64,000 bases of DNA from Narcine bancroftii (GCF_036971445.1 NC_091469.1:136648001-136712000), one strand, 5' to 3'; positions 1 through 13,230 are shown, counted from the first letter of the stretch. The notes: a model not told the origin generated them from the letters alone. Made by a program: numbers and translations.

Positions 1-78
1 CACGTTATGGCATTTAGGCCCTGCCATAGCTGTTGAGTGTCCCTTGACATTTCCATTTTCATCTGGAATCTCCCCACA

Positions 79-222
79 GTCCAGGACAACACAGGCAAAA
101 CCTTCCCCACCATCCAGAACATTTACAGAGAATGCTGATATCAGAGGGTAGCAGCAAACATCAAGGATCCACATCCACATGCTCTGTTCTCTCTGCTACC
201 ATTAGAAAAGAGGTATAGGTGG
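79..222 (+). mobile_element. Rex1/Babar-type LINE, 3' fragment
   Basis: Matches the 3' end of the other Rex/Babar copies in the window (atcaaggatcc...catgctctgttctc...ctgctaccat...aagaggta; compare 18830-18900). Confidence 0.65.
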
Positions 223-374
223 TTAGAATGTGGAAATAGAGAATATGAAAATCAAACCAGGTGTCAGAGTGTGTCACATGGTCTCTGAAGCCTACTCTAT
301 CTCTTGATATGATCATGGGTAATCTTCCAACTCATTCCACTTTCTTGTCTGATTCTTGCTGCGGGTCGTTAAGG

Positions 375-972
375 AGGAGGCTTTATTGTATGCTGGGCTA
401 CATCTGTTGGGGGATTGAGTTCAAGATTCATAAGGTAATGTTACAGCTCTATAAAATTCAGGTTAGACCACAAGCATTCAGTTCTTATCATTTCATTACA
501 GGAAGGATGTGGAAGCAATAGAGAGGATGCAAAGGAGATTTACCAGGATGTCACCCAAATTGGAGAATATGTCTTGCGAGGCAAGGTTAACAGGGCTTTT
601 CTCTTTGGAGTGAAGATCGATGAGAGGTGACTAATAGATGTCTACATCGTTATGAGAGGCAGAGATAGGGTGAACATCAATACCTTAACCCAGGGCGACA
701 GTAGCAAATGCCAGAAGACATGTGTGTGAAGTAAGGGGAAGAAATAAGGGGAGAAAAGTTTAGGGGACATGTCAGGGATACGTTTTTTTTTTACAGAGAG
801 AATAGTGGGTCCCTGGAAAACATTCCCAGAGGTGGTGGTGGAGGCTAGAACAATAGCGACATTCAACAAACTCTTAGAGAGGCACATGGATGTAAGAATA
901 ATTGAGAGTTATGGGTGTAAGGTTATTATTTTGGTTGGCACAACATCATGGGCCAAAGGGCCAATATTGTGT
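375..972 (+). mobile_element. CR1-clade LINE, degenerate 3' fragment
   Basis: Decayed ORF2 C-terminus (MLGYICWGIEFK..VMLQLYK..VRP; FFTERIVGPWKTFPEVVVEA) and a 3' UTR similar to 41027-41692. Confidence 0.8.
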
Positions 973-2293
973 CACACACACACACACCCACCCACCCCAC
1001 CCATTCCCAGATCATAAGCTAGCTGTATCACTGTGAAGAAATTTCTATTGCCCTTTCTATCAAACAAAGAGAAGGCCATAGCATTCATACACACCAGCCT
1101 CACAAACCATCTCTGGTACGACATTCTCCAGTCAAGGAGAACAATGTCTCACTATCAATCCTGTCAAACTTTTTCCAGAATGTTTTATGTGACTTCCCTG
1201 CAACCACACGGAGTCATTGAGACAAATTGCTCAGATCCATTTGAAGGAAAGATGGTAAGGGCATGAGGGAGAAACAAATCAAATGATGAACTGACAAGGA
1301 GAGATGGGAAGAAGGATGGTCCTGCAGAACACAGACACTTCATCTGATTATATGGGCAGAATAGGTTTTCCACAGTTATAAATCAAATGCAATTTTATGC
1401 AGGGCATCACAACATTTGGGGATTTCACTACACTCAGGAAAGTAAATGTTAAATATTAAAACACATTCATCGCCCATTGTTAACATGGAAGTACCAACAC
1501 CTAATGACATTCAGACTACGAGTTATAGATATATCAAAGTTGTCCAAGTGATTTTCCTTTATCTCATGTTGCCTCACCTATACTTTCTGTTATTCAATTA
1601 AATTTTCTGTATAATTCACTGCCCCCCCCCCACCCACCCATGCCCACCCCAAGACCAACTTTATTCACAAGAGGTAGAAGAATGATACAAGATCTATGGA
1701 TAGCTTTAGTTCAAAGGGATGACCAAATAGAAATCAGGCTGTTGAAATAATTGGTATACACTACAAGGCCGAGTAATCACATCCCTTATATCAGGAACAG
1801 GATCAAATTGCACAAAATGTCTTACAGGTTTGGAGTCATACAAATTTACATACTGTTATGAGCCCAGAGGACCCCAAAACCCAGCAGCAATAGATATTCA
1901 TCAAGACAAATGGTTACTTAAACAAAAATTGCTTTTAATTGTCTTTAAACACGAAAACAGAATCAAACTTTAACTTATCACTATTGACTTAGCTAACCTA
2001 ACTTAACCCCTTTCTAATTCTCAGTGCACATATACGTAATGTGTGTTTAAGTTCAGAAAAGTTCTGAGATTCACAGTCGAATCACATTTCTCATTCCTCC
2101 AAGTTCTCTGGTTGCAGGCAATTCTTATACTGTGCACAGAATTTAACATGTATAAAGTTCACCAGGCTTTGGCGCTTGAAAGGTAAATGGTTACCGTTCA
2201 GGAAAGTTCTTGTCTGTTTTCAGAGAGAGATTTGTTGTACACTGGACACCTCACAACTGATGACTTTTTAATCAGCTACTTTAGTATGTTGCC

Positions 2294-2444
2294 AAAGAGA
2301 CACACAAATAGGGAAGCTTTGTAGGGATATAGGATAAACGCAAGCAAATGGGAGTAACTGAGGTAAGTAACTTGATTGTCATGGGGGAGCCGGGCCGTGT
2401 AGCCAATTTCTATGTTCTATGACTGTAATACGCTTCTGATTCTA
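2294..2444. repeat. 151-bp inverted copy of 3533-3683
   Basis: Direct comparison: reverse complement, no indels, one mismatch seen (2419). Confidence 0.95.
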
Positions 2445-2945
2445 GATGATAACCTCTCTCTTTCAGATCACCACAGAATTCCTTTCTGTTTCTCTTATTT
2501 CAAGTGAAACATTAGACAGCCAGTCCTCTCCTCTTGCAAGAACCACAAGAGCTTTGACTAGGCTGAACTAAGCACTCACAACCCATCTTCCAAATGCGGT
2601 TTTCCACAAGCTTTCTAGCTTGTCCTGTTCCAGTCCCAGCTGCTGCTGCTGACTGTAGAACTGCAGAACTAAATTATTTCTCTCTCTCTCTCAGAAAGAA
2701 AGCCTGTTTTACTCTCTCTGCTTGAAAAACCACATGACCCTCTTAGAGCAGCAAGATCCACTCCAGACAGTCTGCAGCTCTGACAAGTTCTTTCATCTGT
2801 TGCCTTTTTTTGTAAACAACAATCCATTAGTGAAGTCTCTTGGGCACATTCCAAAGCTTTTGCAAAGGCTCTGGGACCCAGGCATGTCCAGCATTAGCAG
2901 AGCTCAACTATTTTAATAAGATCTGTTTTAAAGTTTTGTACGTGA

Positions 2946-2981
2946 CCTACACTAAAAACCTGCCCTACACTAAAAACCTGC
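2946..2981 (+). repeat. 18-bp exact tandem duplication (cctacactaaaaacctgc x2)
   Basis: Seen directly. Confidence 0.9.
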
Positions 2982-3554
2982 CCCAATTTATCTCCCCAAA
3001 GCATACAATACAAACACAACATAATCTGTCATATTACATTATATCTTGCTAGAGTTGTTAGCCATCATGTCAGTGAGAACGTTATGTTTGGTGGCATTAA
3101 TGAGTGTGTAATGAATTCAAAGGCATGGAGGGGAAGGGAAATTCAATATACATTCCTTTAAGCTTGTAAACCGAAAGCAGGAAATATACCACCGACATAA
3201 AATATTGCAACTGCAAGCTACATTTAATGTGACCATTCCATTCTCCCTTGCAAATCTGAATAGATCCCCAATCACTAATGGTAAGGGTACATCAGAACTC
3301 CAAGTCTCCATTGTTTTGTGTTGATGCAATATTTATAGATTGGTCTGTATAATATTTTTATAAGTTAGCTAGTATTGTGCCATAAAATTATTGATTTCTT
3401 GTTCACGATCGAAAATGTACAGCATGGTCGGCATGTCAATCTATCCAATTCTTGATTCATGTTTATTTCAGTTGTTCAAGAGGCTGGAGTAGCAACATTC
3501 TGTTTTATATAGAACAATGGATCAATTAATATTAGAATCAGAAGCGTATTACAG

Positions 3555-3912
3555 TCACAGAACATAGAAATTGGCTACACGGCCCGGCTCCCCCATGACA
3601 ATCAAGTTACTTACCTCAGTTACTCCCATTTGCTTGCGTTTATCCTATATCCCTACAAAGCTTCCCTATTTGTGTGTCTCTTTAAAAACCTTATTAAATG
3701 GTCATGGTACCTGCCTCAACCACTTCCTCTTGCAGATCATCTGACAAACTCACCTCCCTCAATATGAAAATATTTCCTTTCTCATCTTAAATCTTGCCCT
3801 ATGGTTCTAGACTTCCCTAGACTGGTAAAAGAACTATAACCATGCACCTTATGATTTTATATACCTCGAAGAGTTATCTAATGTCTCAAACCTTCCAATC
3901 CTGCTAACATCC
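3555..3912 (-). mobile_element. CR1 LINE, 3' fragment
   Basis: agaacatagaaa tail remnant followed by decayed CR1 3' UTR and ORF2 end on the minus strand. Confidence 0.7.
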
Positions 3913-6900
3913 TGTGTACGGTTGGCCCACCCCTTGCTGATTGTACCTGTGACTCCTCCCCCTTGTTTCCCCTTATAAAGACGGAAACGCCATAACCCCT
4001 CTCCCAGAACAAGCTCGGGTCTCGGGTCAGCAACATGTGATGGGCCTTCTGTTTACGGTAATAAAAGCCTATTAGTCAGGTAACTGTACCATACTAGTCT
4101 TTGGAGTTATTGATATCGCATCAATTTTATTATTATAATTTGTTTTGTAATAGACAAGTTGCTGAGATGAGAGAGGCTGGAAATTGACCCTCGATCACTG
4201 GAACCATCCGACAAGTTTGAACTCTGGCTATGTTGCTTCAACTTGTTTCTGCAGGCCTCCACTGAGATCGTCCAATCCAATCCAAACAAGATGCATTTCC
4301 TATTCTTATGGGTCGGGCACCACATTTACACGATGGTCAGAGACTGCGAGACGTTCACGGAAGCAATGGGCATTCTGAAAGGCCAGTACCTGGCCCCGAT
4401 GAATGAAGTCTTTGCCAGGCACATCCTAGACACACATAAGCAGCAACCCAGGGAGTCAATCGATGATTATCTTTTGGGTCCTGCAAGACCGTATCAGCAA
4501 AAGAATACCTGGAGGAGCTGATCCGAGATGTCTGCGTAGCAGGCATCTGATTGGAGTACATTTGCCAGTGACTGCTAGAATAGGGTGAGCTGAAGCCACA
4601 GAAATCCACTGAACTAGCTAAAACCCTTGAAATAACCTGGTCGCCACGTGGGGAATGCAGGTGCTACCATTTTGAGATGCATGCCCACAGGCAGTCCCAC
4701 GTCCCGACCTAACTACAGCCACCACCGCTGGCAAGTACCCAAAGTGCTACTTCTGCGGCCAGCAGAAACACCTCAGGAAGCACTGCCCGACGAAGGAGTG
4801 GTCTGTTCCAGCTGCGGGAAGAAGGGACACTACATGAAAGTATACAAATCTAAGCAGCCTTCTACCCAACCAGGGCCACCTCTATCTTGGATGATGCCAC
4901 TTCCAATGAACAACAGAAGTACCACATGCACCCCATGGGGGGCACCATCTTGGACATTGCTATCTTGCCCGACCACGAGCCAGTACAGCGGATCAGACAG
5001 TGATGCTACTTTGGCTTAGTTACACTTGACCAAAGTAGCCCTCATCAGCTCGCCAGGTCAATGATGGACATAGAAGTAAACAGGTGCAGGACAAGCGGCC
5101 CGTTCGATAGCGGGAGCACAGAGAGCTTCATCTACCTCGACATGGTGCAGCATTACTCCCTCGTGGCAAGACAAGTGAGTTACAGTTTCCATGGGCTCTA
5201 AATCCCATAGGCCATGATCCTCAGCAGCTGAGTAGTGACGCTGACCATGCAAAATTTTAAACTCCTTGTGATGTATTTAAACAGCCTGCCCTCTCCTCCA
5301 AACGCATCCAACCAGAAACCTACGATCCGCCAACTGCACGCGAACTGCGGGGTCTCCACCTTCTGGATTTCCCCAATCTCTGTTCGCCAACCTCAGCCCC
5401 AACTGTAAGCCTGTAGCCACCAGGAGCAGGTGATACAGGGCTGGGGAGAGGGCCTTCATCAAATCATAGGTGAGACAGCTTCTGACCGATGGAATCATTG
5501 AACCCAGTACAGGTACCAGCCCCTGGAGAGCTCAAGTAGTGGTGGTTAAAAGTGGGGAACAAGACCCAATGGTTATCAATTATAGTCAAACCATCAACAG
5601 GTTTACGTAACTGGATGCGTATCCCCCCCAGCCCCCCCCCCCCCCCCCCACCACTGCATAGCCGACATGGTAAACCAAATGACCCAATATTGGGTATTTT
5701 TGATCAATGATTTAAAGTCAGCATACCACCAACTTCCTATCTGCCTGGAGGACCACCAATACACCACATTTGAGGTGGACAGCTGGCTCTACCACTTTCT
5801 GAGGGTCCCCTTCAGGGTCATCAAAGGAGTCTCCATCTTCCAGAGTGAAATGGACCAAATGGTGGACGAACACGGGCTGCTGGCCGCATAACCCTACCTT
5901 GACGATATCACTATCTGTGTCCACAATCTTCAAGACCATGATGCTAACCTCCAGAAATACCTCTAGACAGGCAAAATCCTTAACCTCAACTACAACAAAG
6001 ATAAATGTGCATTCCGAACATCACGCCTGGCTACACTCACCTGCGTAATGGTGAATGGAGTTCTTGGCCCCGATCCCGACTGCATGTGCCCCCTGTTGGA
6101 GTCCCCACTGCTCAATGACCTGAAAAGGTGCTTGGGGTTTCTTTTCTATTATGCCCAACTATGCAGATAAGGTCTACCCTCTCATAAAAGTGACCTCCTT
6201 TCCCTGTTGGCCCTCTGTCACATCAAAGGAGATATTGCCAAAGCCGCGATGTACACGGTGGATGAATCCACCCCATTCCAGATGGAAAGCGATACATTTG
6301 ACTTTGCCCTGGCCACCACACTTAACCAGGTGGGCAGACCCATAGCATTTTTTTCTTCCGCACCCTCCAAGGCCTGAGATTCGGCATTCCTCCATCGAGA
6401 AGGAGGTCCAGGCCATCACTGAGGCAGTACGGCACTGGAGGCACTATCTTGCCGGCAAACAATTTACTCTGCTGACTGACCAACGTGCAGTTGCCTTCAT
6501 GTTCAGTAACAAGCAGCGGGTTAAATCAAGAACAAGAAGATTCAGAGGTGGAGAATTGAACTCTCCCTCTACAACTATGATATTTTTTTCTGGCACGCAA
6601 AGCTCAATGACCCTTTGGATGCCCTCTCCTGAGGAACGTGCTAGTGTGCAGATAGATAATTTATAAGCCCTCCACAATGATCTCTGCAGGTTCTTCCATT
6701 TCATCAAAGCCCACAACCTCCCCTATTTAGTTGAGGACATCAGAATGATAACCAGAAACTGCCAGGTCTGTGTAAAGTACAAACCACATTTCTACCAGCC
6801 AGACAGGTCACAGCTGATTAATTCACTGCCAGGACTTGACCACTGCCGCTGTCATTAAAGCCTTGTGCAACTTCTTCATCCTGTTTGGATACCCCTGTAG

Positions 6901-7808
6901 CAACTGGGGGGGGTTCCTCCTTCAGTATCTGCTAGGCAGAGGTATCACCACGAGCAGAACCACTAGATACAATCCCCAAGAGAATGTCCAGGTGTAAAGG
7001 GAGAAGACCACCGTCTGGAAGGCTGTCCTCTTAGCCCAGAGGTCAAAAGGCCTGCCTATCTCCCACTGGAAAGAGGTCCTCCCTGAAGCACTCCATGCAA
7101 TCAGATATCTCCTGTTCACTGCTACCAATGCCATGCCACATGAAAGATTGTTTCCCTTCCCCAGAAAGTCTATGTCAGGGACATCACTGCCAACCTGGTG
7201 GATGTCACCAGTGTCAGTCCTGCTCCGGAAGCATGAGAGAAGCCATCAGTCTGACCCACCAGTTGAGAGAGTCCACCTCCTTCATGCCAACCTCCCTACC
7301 TGGATGGGCGCAAGGATATTGTGTCCATCCTGGACCTGGCACATGTGTGAGACCCTGGGACTCAGCCAACCAGTACATACATCCCCCCCACCCATCACAT
7401 ACCATGTCACCCTACCCCATGCCCCACCTCAACTGTCTCAGTTCAGTCACCAGACACCCCACCCACTGACAATGACCAGACTGTCCAGGAATCAACAGCT
7501 GAGCCACAGCCAGTGCTACGACAGTCACAACGACGAACAAAACCACAGAACAGATCGAATTTGTGATGGACTTGGAACCCACTTCACCCCACTGGACTTC
7601 TTCTAAAAGAGGGAGTGAACATGGTGGAACCACTGTTAATACTGTTTGTAAGTGTATGCCTGTCCCACCCCTTGCTGATTGTACCTGGAGCTCCTCCCCC
7701 TTGATTCCCCTAATAAAGGCTGCAATGCCATAACCCCTCCCCCAGAACAAGCTTAGGCCTCAGGTCAGCAAAATGAGACGTACCTTCTGTTTATGCTAAT
7801 AAAAGCCA
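3913..7808 (+). mobile_element. Decayed Gypsy/Ty3 LTR retrotransposon
   Basis: Homologous LTRs at about 3913-4123 (ends ...GCATCA) and 7620-7808 (truncated). Polypurine tract AAAAGAGGGAGTGAA at 7605-7619. Domain order gag-PR-RT-RH-IN. Confidence 0.92.
4150..7300 (+). pseudogene. Gypsy gag-pol pseudogene
   Basis: Zinc knuckle CSSCGKKGH (~4804); protease FDSGSTESF (~5103); RT DLKSAYHQL (~5709) and YLDD (~5895); RNase H LAGKQFTLLTDQ (~6448); integrase remnant GITTSRTTRYNPQ (~6941). Many stops and frameshifts. Confidence 0.9.
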
Positions 7809-9297
7809 TGTACATGTAACCTCAGTCATGTAACTTCCAGACTTTGGGAGTTTTTTAAAAATATAAGGCATCCACATCCTTTAAAACTGAGGTCCTTTTC
7901 ATGACAAACATGGTGGGTGGAGCAGCAATTAAATTATCAACTGGCGATCCATTGTTCAGGATGAATAATTCAGAGTCGAGAGTTCAAATCCCTCTAGAGC
8001 AGCTGTTGAATTTAGATGCCGTTAATAATCTGGAATTTGAGGACAAAATAATGTCAACTGCACTGATGCCAAAAATACAACTGTTTTAACTCTGCTGAGC
8101 AGAAGAATTTATTTTCCCTGCCTTTATCAGACTTGTGAATGGATCTCCCATTGGTAGAAGATGTTTTACTGTACCTTTATTTTTAAAATGAAACCCTGCT
8201 CTTTATATTTTATTGTTTCACTATGTTTTATTCTTGCACTATTCGTGGTACAATGCAGAGGTTGCCCTTCGAGGCTAGATGCTGAGGTATTTACTGTTGT
8301 AATGTGGGTCGTGACAAGGTATCAGCCACGACAAGGTTTTTCACTACCTATGACAATCAACAATTCAATTTTTAAAATTGCCATTCTCACAAAGTGCAGC
8401 CCAAACATGATCGAGTCCAGCCAACATGCAACTCCAAATCCTTCCCCAGCTGTTGATTCTCTAATATGGCCTCATCGCATTTGAAGGGTTGTTTGAGTTT
8501 TGCAATAATCTTGTTGGTGATGCCGAGATCCCAAAAGTAAATAAAAGAAGCATCATTCTAAAAAGTGAAACAATTTGAAGAGAAATCTTTGAGCCCTGAC
8601 TAGATAGGGAGCCTGTCTGGCACTATTTACAGATCAAGAATGAATATAAAAATAAATTGTACTCAAAAAGCAGAGTGAATCAAGAAAGGTGCATGTTGAA
8701 GTGATAAGGGAAATCAAATGTAACGTCTACTGCTACATCAGAAATAAATATTTGGAAAAAGAACTGTTACGCATTTTGCTTTTTTTCCTCCCAGCAAATG
8801 AATTGTTGGAATGATACCAGTGTCCAATAAAGAATGCTCCAATTAAACAAGACAAAGTGTTTCACCATTATTATGTTGACGATCGCGGACACGAGGGCAA
8901 ATAACTAGCATCTTATTTTGAAGGAAAATCTTTTAAAGAGTATTGTTGAGGGGGAAAAATTAAAGCTAAGTTTTGGCTTGAATTTGGGCTTTGGCATCTT
9001 AGGGCACCTTTCATACAGAGGTGGAGTTAACAAATTAAAAACAAGAATTGGAGAGGTGCAGATATTTTGAAACGAACCCCTTACTGTGCTGTATAGCTCT
9101 GTGACTTTCTCCAGTGAGCACATGATCTTGCTGCTTGTAATGAATGGTGTCATCGATGTACACAAATATGTGGGATAAAAAACTGGAGGCAACACACACA
9201 TATAGGACCAGGAACACAACCCTGGAAGTACTGATTAAGTCAAGCAACATCTATGGAGGCAAAATATGCAGACTGGCATCTCTATTTTTTTTTTTAA

Positions 9298-9540
9298 TTT
9301 AGACATTCGGCACTGTAACAGGCCAACTTGGCTCTATGAGTCCATGCTGGCCAATTGACACACTATTAGCCATCACCCCAGAAAGTTTTTGAAGGGAAGA
9401 GGAAGCCAGAGCTCACCAAAAAAAAAACCACGCATACATGGGAAGAACGTACGAACTCCTGACAGACGGCACAGGATTCAAACCCCTGTCTGGTCCCAAT
9501 CGCTGGCACTATAAAGGCATTGTGCTAACCACTACACCAA
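9298..9540 (-). mobile_element. tRNA-derived V-SINE (HE1-like)
   Basis: Minus strand shows a tRNA-like head with a B-box-like GGTTTGAATCC and a V-domain-like core (GGAGTTCGTACGTTCTTCCCATGTATGCGTGG). Many copies occur in the window. Confidence 0.75.
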
Positions 9541-9544
9541 TCAT

Positions 9545-10070
9545 AATTGAGATACTGTATAAGGACTGAGAGAGAAAAGGAAAGATTGTCAGTCCATAGC
9601 TGCACGGGGAAGGGTGGGCCAAATGCCTGTAGGTGATAGGTGTAACTAGATTTGGGGGTGGGAGTTGATTGGCAGGTAGAACCAAGTGGGGAAGGTGATG
9701 AGAAATAAGGGGAGAAAATGACACTGTGTATATTCAAGAGGGAAATGTTCGTGCGCATTTTGGTCAGTATGGTTCATAGTGTGAAAAATTTTTAAAAATT
9801 AAAAATAGGAGCATAGGGAGACAAAAGCAAACTGGGCAGGTGAGCGTGTGGGGGTCAACTGAAATTGGAACATTGCTTTGGATTGAGAAATACCTGACTG
9901 GAACATGATATGTTGTTCTTTAAAATTGGTGTTTGGCCTCTGTGAAGCAATGGGGAATGACAAGAATAGACAGGTCAGTGTGAGAATGGGAAGGAGAATT
10001 AAAATGATAAGACAGTAGGATGGCTGATTGTCTATTGTGGACAATTGGATCACTTTTGCTTCAGCAGCCG
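9545..10070 (-). mobile_element. Penelope-like element, 3' fragment
   Basis: NFKEQHIMFQSGISQS resembles the C-terminus of the PLE GIY-YIG endonuclease (KLEEQHLIFRLG..QP), followed by a pyrimidine-rich tail. Confidence 0.55.
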
Positions 10071-10162
10071 TTTATGTTCTAAATGCACACAACAAGTTCA
10101 GAAGTTTGTTCAATAACATTTAAATTTTAAAAATATTTTAAATGTAGATATACAGCAGGGGA

Positions 10163-10360
10163 TCAGAAATTATTGTCATGAACAAGTTTGTGGCAGCATC
10201 ACAGTGGGAACATTCATATTATAACCATCTATATTAAAAAAGTAAAAATAACACTGCACAAAAAGTAAGGCAATGTCTATGGTTCATTGACTATTCAGAA
10301 ATCTGATAGCAGTGGGGAAGAGGCCATCCTTGTGCCGCAGAGTGCTCATCATTATGCGCC
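10163..10360 (-). mobile_element. Rex1/Babar LINE, 3' tail
   Basis: Reverse complement of the tail at 22590-22800 (ccactgccatcagattcctgaat...ttgttcatgacaataaattctga). Confidence 0.75.
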
Positions 10361-10361
10361 A

Positions 10362-10570
10362 GTAACAGCGTCTTCTAGCCCATGAGCCCTTGCTGTCCAA
10401 ATACCCCAATTAACCTACAACTCCTGTACGTTTTGGAGGGTGGGACGAAACAAGAGCACCCAGAGGAAACCTATGTAGGTCACAGGAAAACGTACACTCT
10501 TACAGACGGAACCAGATTTGAACCCGGGTCACTGGCAGTGTAATAACACTCCACTAACCGTGCCAACCCT
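10362..10570 (-). mobile_element. V-SINE (HE1-like)
   Basis: Homologous to 9298-9540 and 60600-60850. Confidence 0.7.
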
Positions 10571-10850
10571 AAACTGAATAAAAATCTAGGAAGTTTTGGA
10601 TCAGTAACAATAACAATTGCAGCAAAAGCTCGCGAGATTCACTGATATTCATCATGAAAGGGAAGTGGTCATTTACATCTTATCAGGTTTGCATCTAACT
10701 TCAGATCCACAGTACTACAGCAGATTCTGACCTGGTTATTGAAAGAATCCAGCAAGTCACCGATGTGAAAGAAAGCAATGGAAAGGGCAACAAGTGCTGA
10801 CATCCTAAGTGACTGACACACACACACAAATCCAATAATTATCATAAGAC

Positions 10851-11148
10851 TGTGGAGGCACACCCACTAGGCAGGCAAACCGGCCCCGCTTGTAATCCAT
10901 GCGGCGGGGCAGCCGGCCAAAATGGCGCCATCGGGGGTTCCCCCTTCTTCTCAGCACAGGGCTCAGAAGCCCGCGCTGGGGGACCACGTGACACCCAGGT
11001 GATGTCAGCACCCCCCAACGTGGCTCTCAGCCAGGTCCGGGCTGGGAGTACAAGTCCAGCCCAGCAGCCTGCAATAAATCAGTTCTGCTCACTGAGCTCA
11101 ACCTATCTGGTTGTGTGTTCTTTCAATAGTAGTACAGCTGCCGCTACA
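10851..11148 (+). mobile_element. Solo LTR, 298 bp
   Basis: TGT...ACA ends; imperfect terminal inverted repeats (TGTGGAGGC vs GCCGCTACA); perfect AGAC TSD; AATAAA at ~11073; CpG-rich; inserted in a CR1 tail. Confidence 0.9.
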
Positions 11149-11692
11149 AGACCATAATAGTAGCGGTAGTAGGCCTTTTGGCTCATTGAATCTGCTCTAC
11201 CATTTCATGAGCTGATCCATTCTTCCTCTCAGCCAACTCCCCTGCCTTATCCCCATAACCTTTGACACCCTGATTATTCAGATGTCTATCAATCTCCGCT
11301 TTAAATATACCTAACAATGTGGCTTCCACAGCTGCCAAATTTTAAATATTCACTCCTCTCTGGCTAAAGAAATTCCTCCACATATCTGTTTTAAATGGAT
11401 GGTCTTTAATCCTGAAGATGTACCCTATTGTCCTAGACTACTGTACCATGGGAAACAACTTTGCCACATCTACTCTAGGACTTTCAACATTTTAAATGTT
11501 TTGATGAGGTCCCCCTCCTTCTGAATTCCAATGAATATAGACCAAGAGCCATCAAACATTCCTCATACGCTAATCTCCTAATTGTGGGAATCCTTCTTGT
11601 GAATCTTATGTGATCCCTTTCCAATGCCAATACATAAGGGGCCCCAAACTGTACCCACTACCCCTTGTGAGGCCTCACCATTGCCTTATTAT
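11149..11692 (-). mobile_element. CR1 LINE, 3' fragment
   Basis: Homologous to 40935-41705 (aagaaattcctcc..atct; ctcaccattgcctt). Confidence 0.8.
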
Positions 11693-12541
11693 AGAATGTA
11701 TATCTTTTAGTTTGCTCAAAGATTGCACACGGATATTTGAGAATTTTAACTTGTATTGTAGTTTGGTGTCCCACATACAAATATTGTTATTTGGTTCAGA
11801 TAATCACGCAGAAAAATAGGTTCAAAGAGGCAAAGCTTTTTGAATTAAATAGAGGTGAAAATTGATTTCAAATTGTTATCCATTTCGTTTTGAATTTCTC
11901 ACCTAAAACATAAGAAAACCTTCCTGATTAATTTGCCAACAGAAATATTTAGGCATGTTAATATTTAAGGTTTGGTTGTTTTCTTTTTGATTCATATATT
12001 AAATACATTTTACTTTGTAAAATTGGATATTCCGCCTTTTTGATTATTATCTACTAAGCATTCCTCTGTTTGCTTAAGTGACAATTATATTCTGCAAACA
12101 CAAAGATGTTTCTTGCAGTGTTCAGAAGGTGCAAATTAAATGGATAATAAATCATTTCTAAAGGCCAACATTGCTTCTGTTTTCTCATTGATAAACGATC
12201 TGTTTCAATTCAACAATGACTGTCAACTATTACTTAATTCAAAACCAAGATGAGAGGAATAATGAGACCAAGTTAAATGCAAAGCTAGCACAATCCAGTA
12301 TATCAAAGGTCTGAATCAATTCAACATCTGAATTATATATTCCTCCCCGTTAGTTATGGTTGATCTTTCCATGGTACTATCACACATTCCTTTGGAATCT
12401 TGAGCAAACTAAGAGTAATGTCTTCTCCAATTATTTAATTCCCATCAATCTCATGTTTTTACTCATTCATGGGCTTTCGCTAGCAAGGCCATCATTTATT
12501 ACCCATTCTGAATTTGTTTGAACTGATTAATTTACCATGTA

Positions 12542-13230
12542 CAGTAAAACCCCTGTTATCCAGAATTCAAGCAACCGGCAACAAAAATTCTAGCAGCATA
12601 AATAAATAAATAGATATCAATGAAAATTTAAAATTATAAAAGTTAATGTTCTCCAAAATAACACATAAACCTTTGGCAAATATTCAGCCAGTGGAGTGTC
12701 TTGGTTATGCTTTGTTAATAGCAGCTATTTAAATTAAATTGTGTTTGAACAAAATGATATCGTCCAGGATGAAGAACTGGTTGGTGCCATACACCATTGG
12801 GGTGACTCTCTTCAAGTGTCTCCTTATCCTTGCCTAGTACGAGTATTTATCTTTATTAGTATATTTTTAAGTATATTAGTAAGGCTTTATCTGTGAACTT
12901 GGGAGAGGGTGTGTGTTAATTATCTATAATGTTATCGTTAATCTATCAGGCAGCTTCATGCAGGGCAAATGCAGTGATGGTTATATGCTTTCAAAGAATA
13001 TGACTTTTTATAATACAATTTGAAAATAAAATAAATGCTGATAAGGTTTATATATTCAAGTAAGTGAAGTTTGTTCTGTGTTCATACAGTATCAATTTTT
13101 TGTCTTTTAAATGTTTTCTTCTTAATGCAGGTGTATTAGCCATTGTAAGAATGAGTCTCAAGCAACTGGAGAACTCACTTATCTGGCATCTACAAATCCT
13201 CATAGGTGCTGGATACCAGGGGTTTTACAG
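12542..13230. mobile_element. Tc1/mariner (Tigger/pogo-like) non-autonomous element
   Basis: TA TSDs; terminal inverted repeats CAGTAAAACCCCTGTTATCC and GGATACCAGGGGTTTTACAG (2 mismatches). Confidence 0.85.

Larger units (their letters stand above)
1854..3033 (-). mobile_element. Long solo LTR (about 1.18 kb, including a 151-bp insertion)
   Basis: Begins TGT and ends TGTCATA (likely a decayed TGTCACA). Flanks ATAC/TTAC are a 3/4 match to a 4-bp TSD. A minus-strand ATTAAA lies near 1935. No coding capacity is evident. Confidence 0.6.

Noticed and set aside
1179-1254. Plus-strand exon candidate (ttccag...ATG/GTAAGG)
   Set aside because: The peptide is unrecognised, and such sites occur by chance.
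9470-9540. tRNA genes
   Set aside because: The tRNA-like sequences are SINE heads without an intact cloverleaf.
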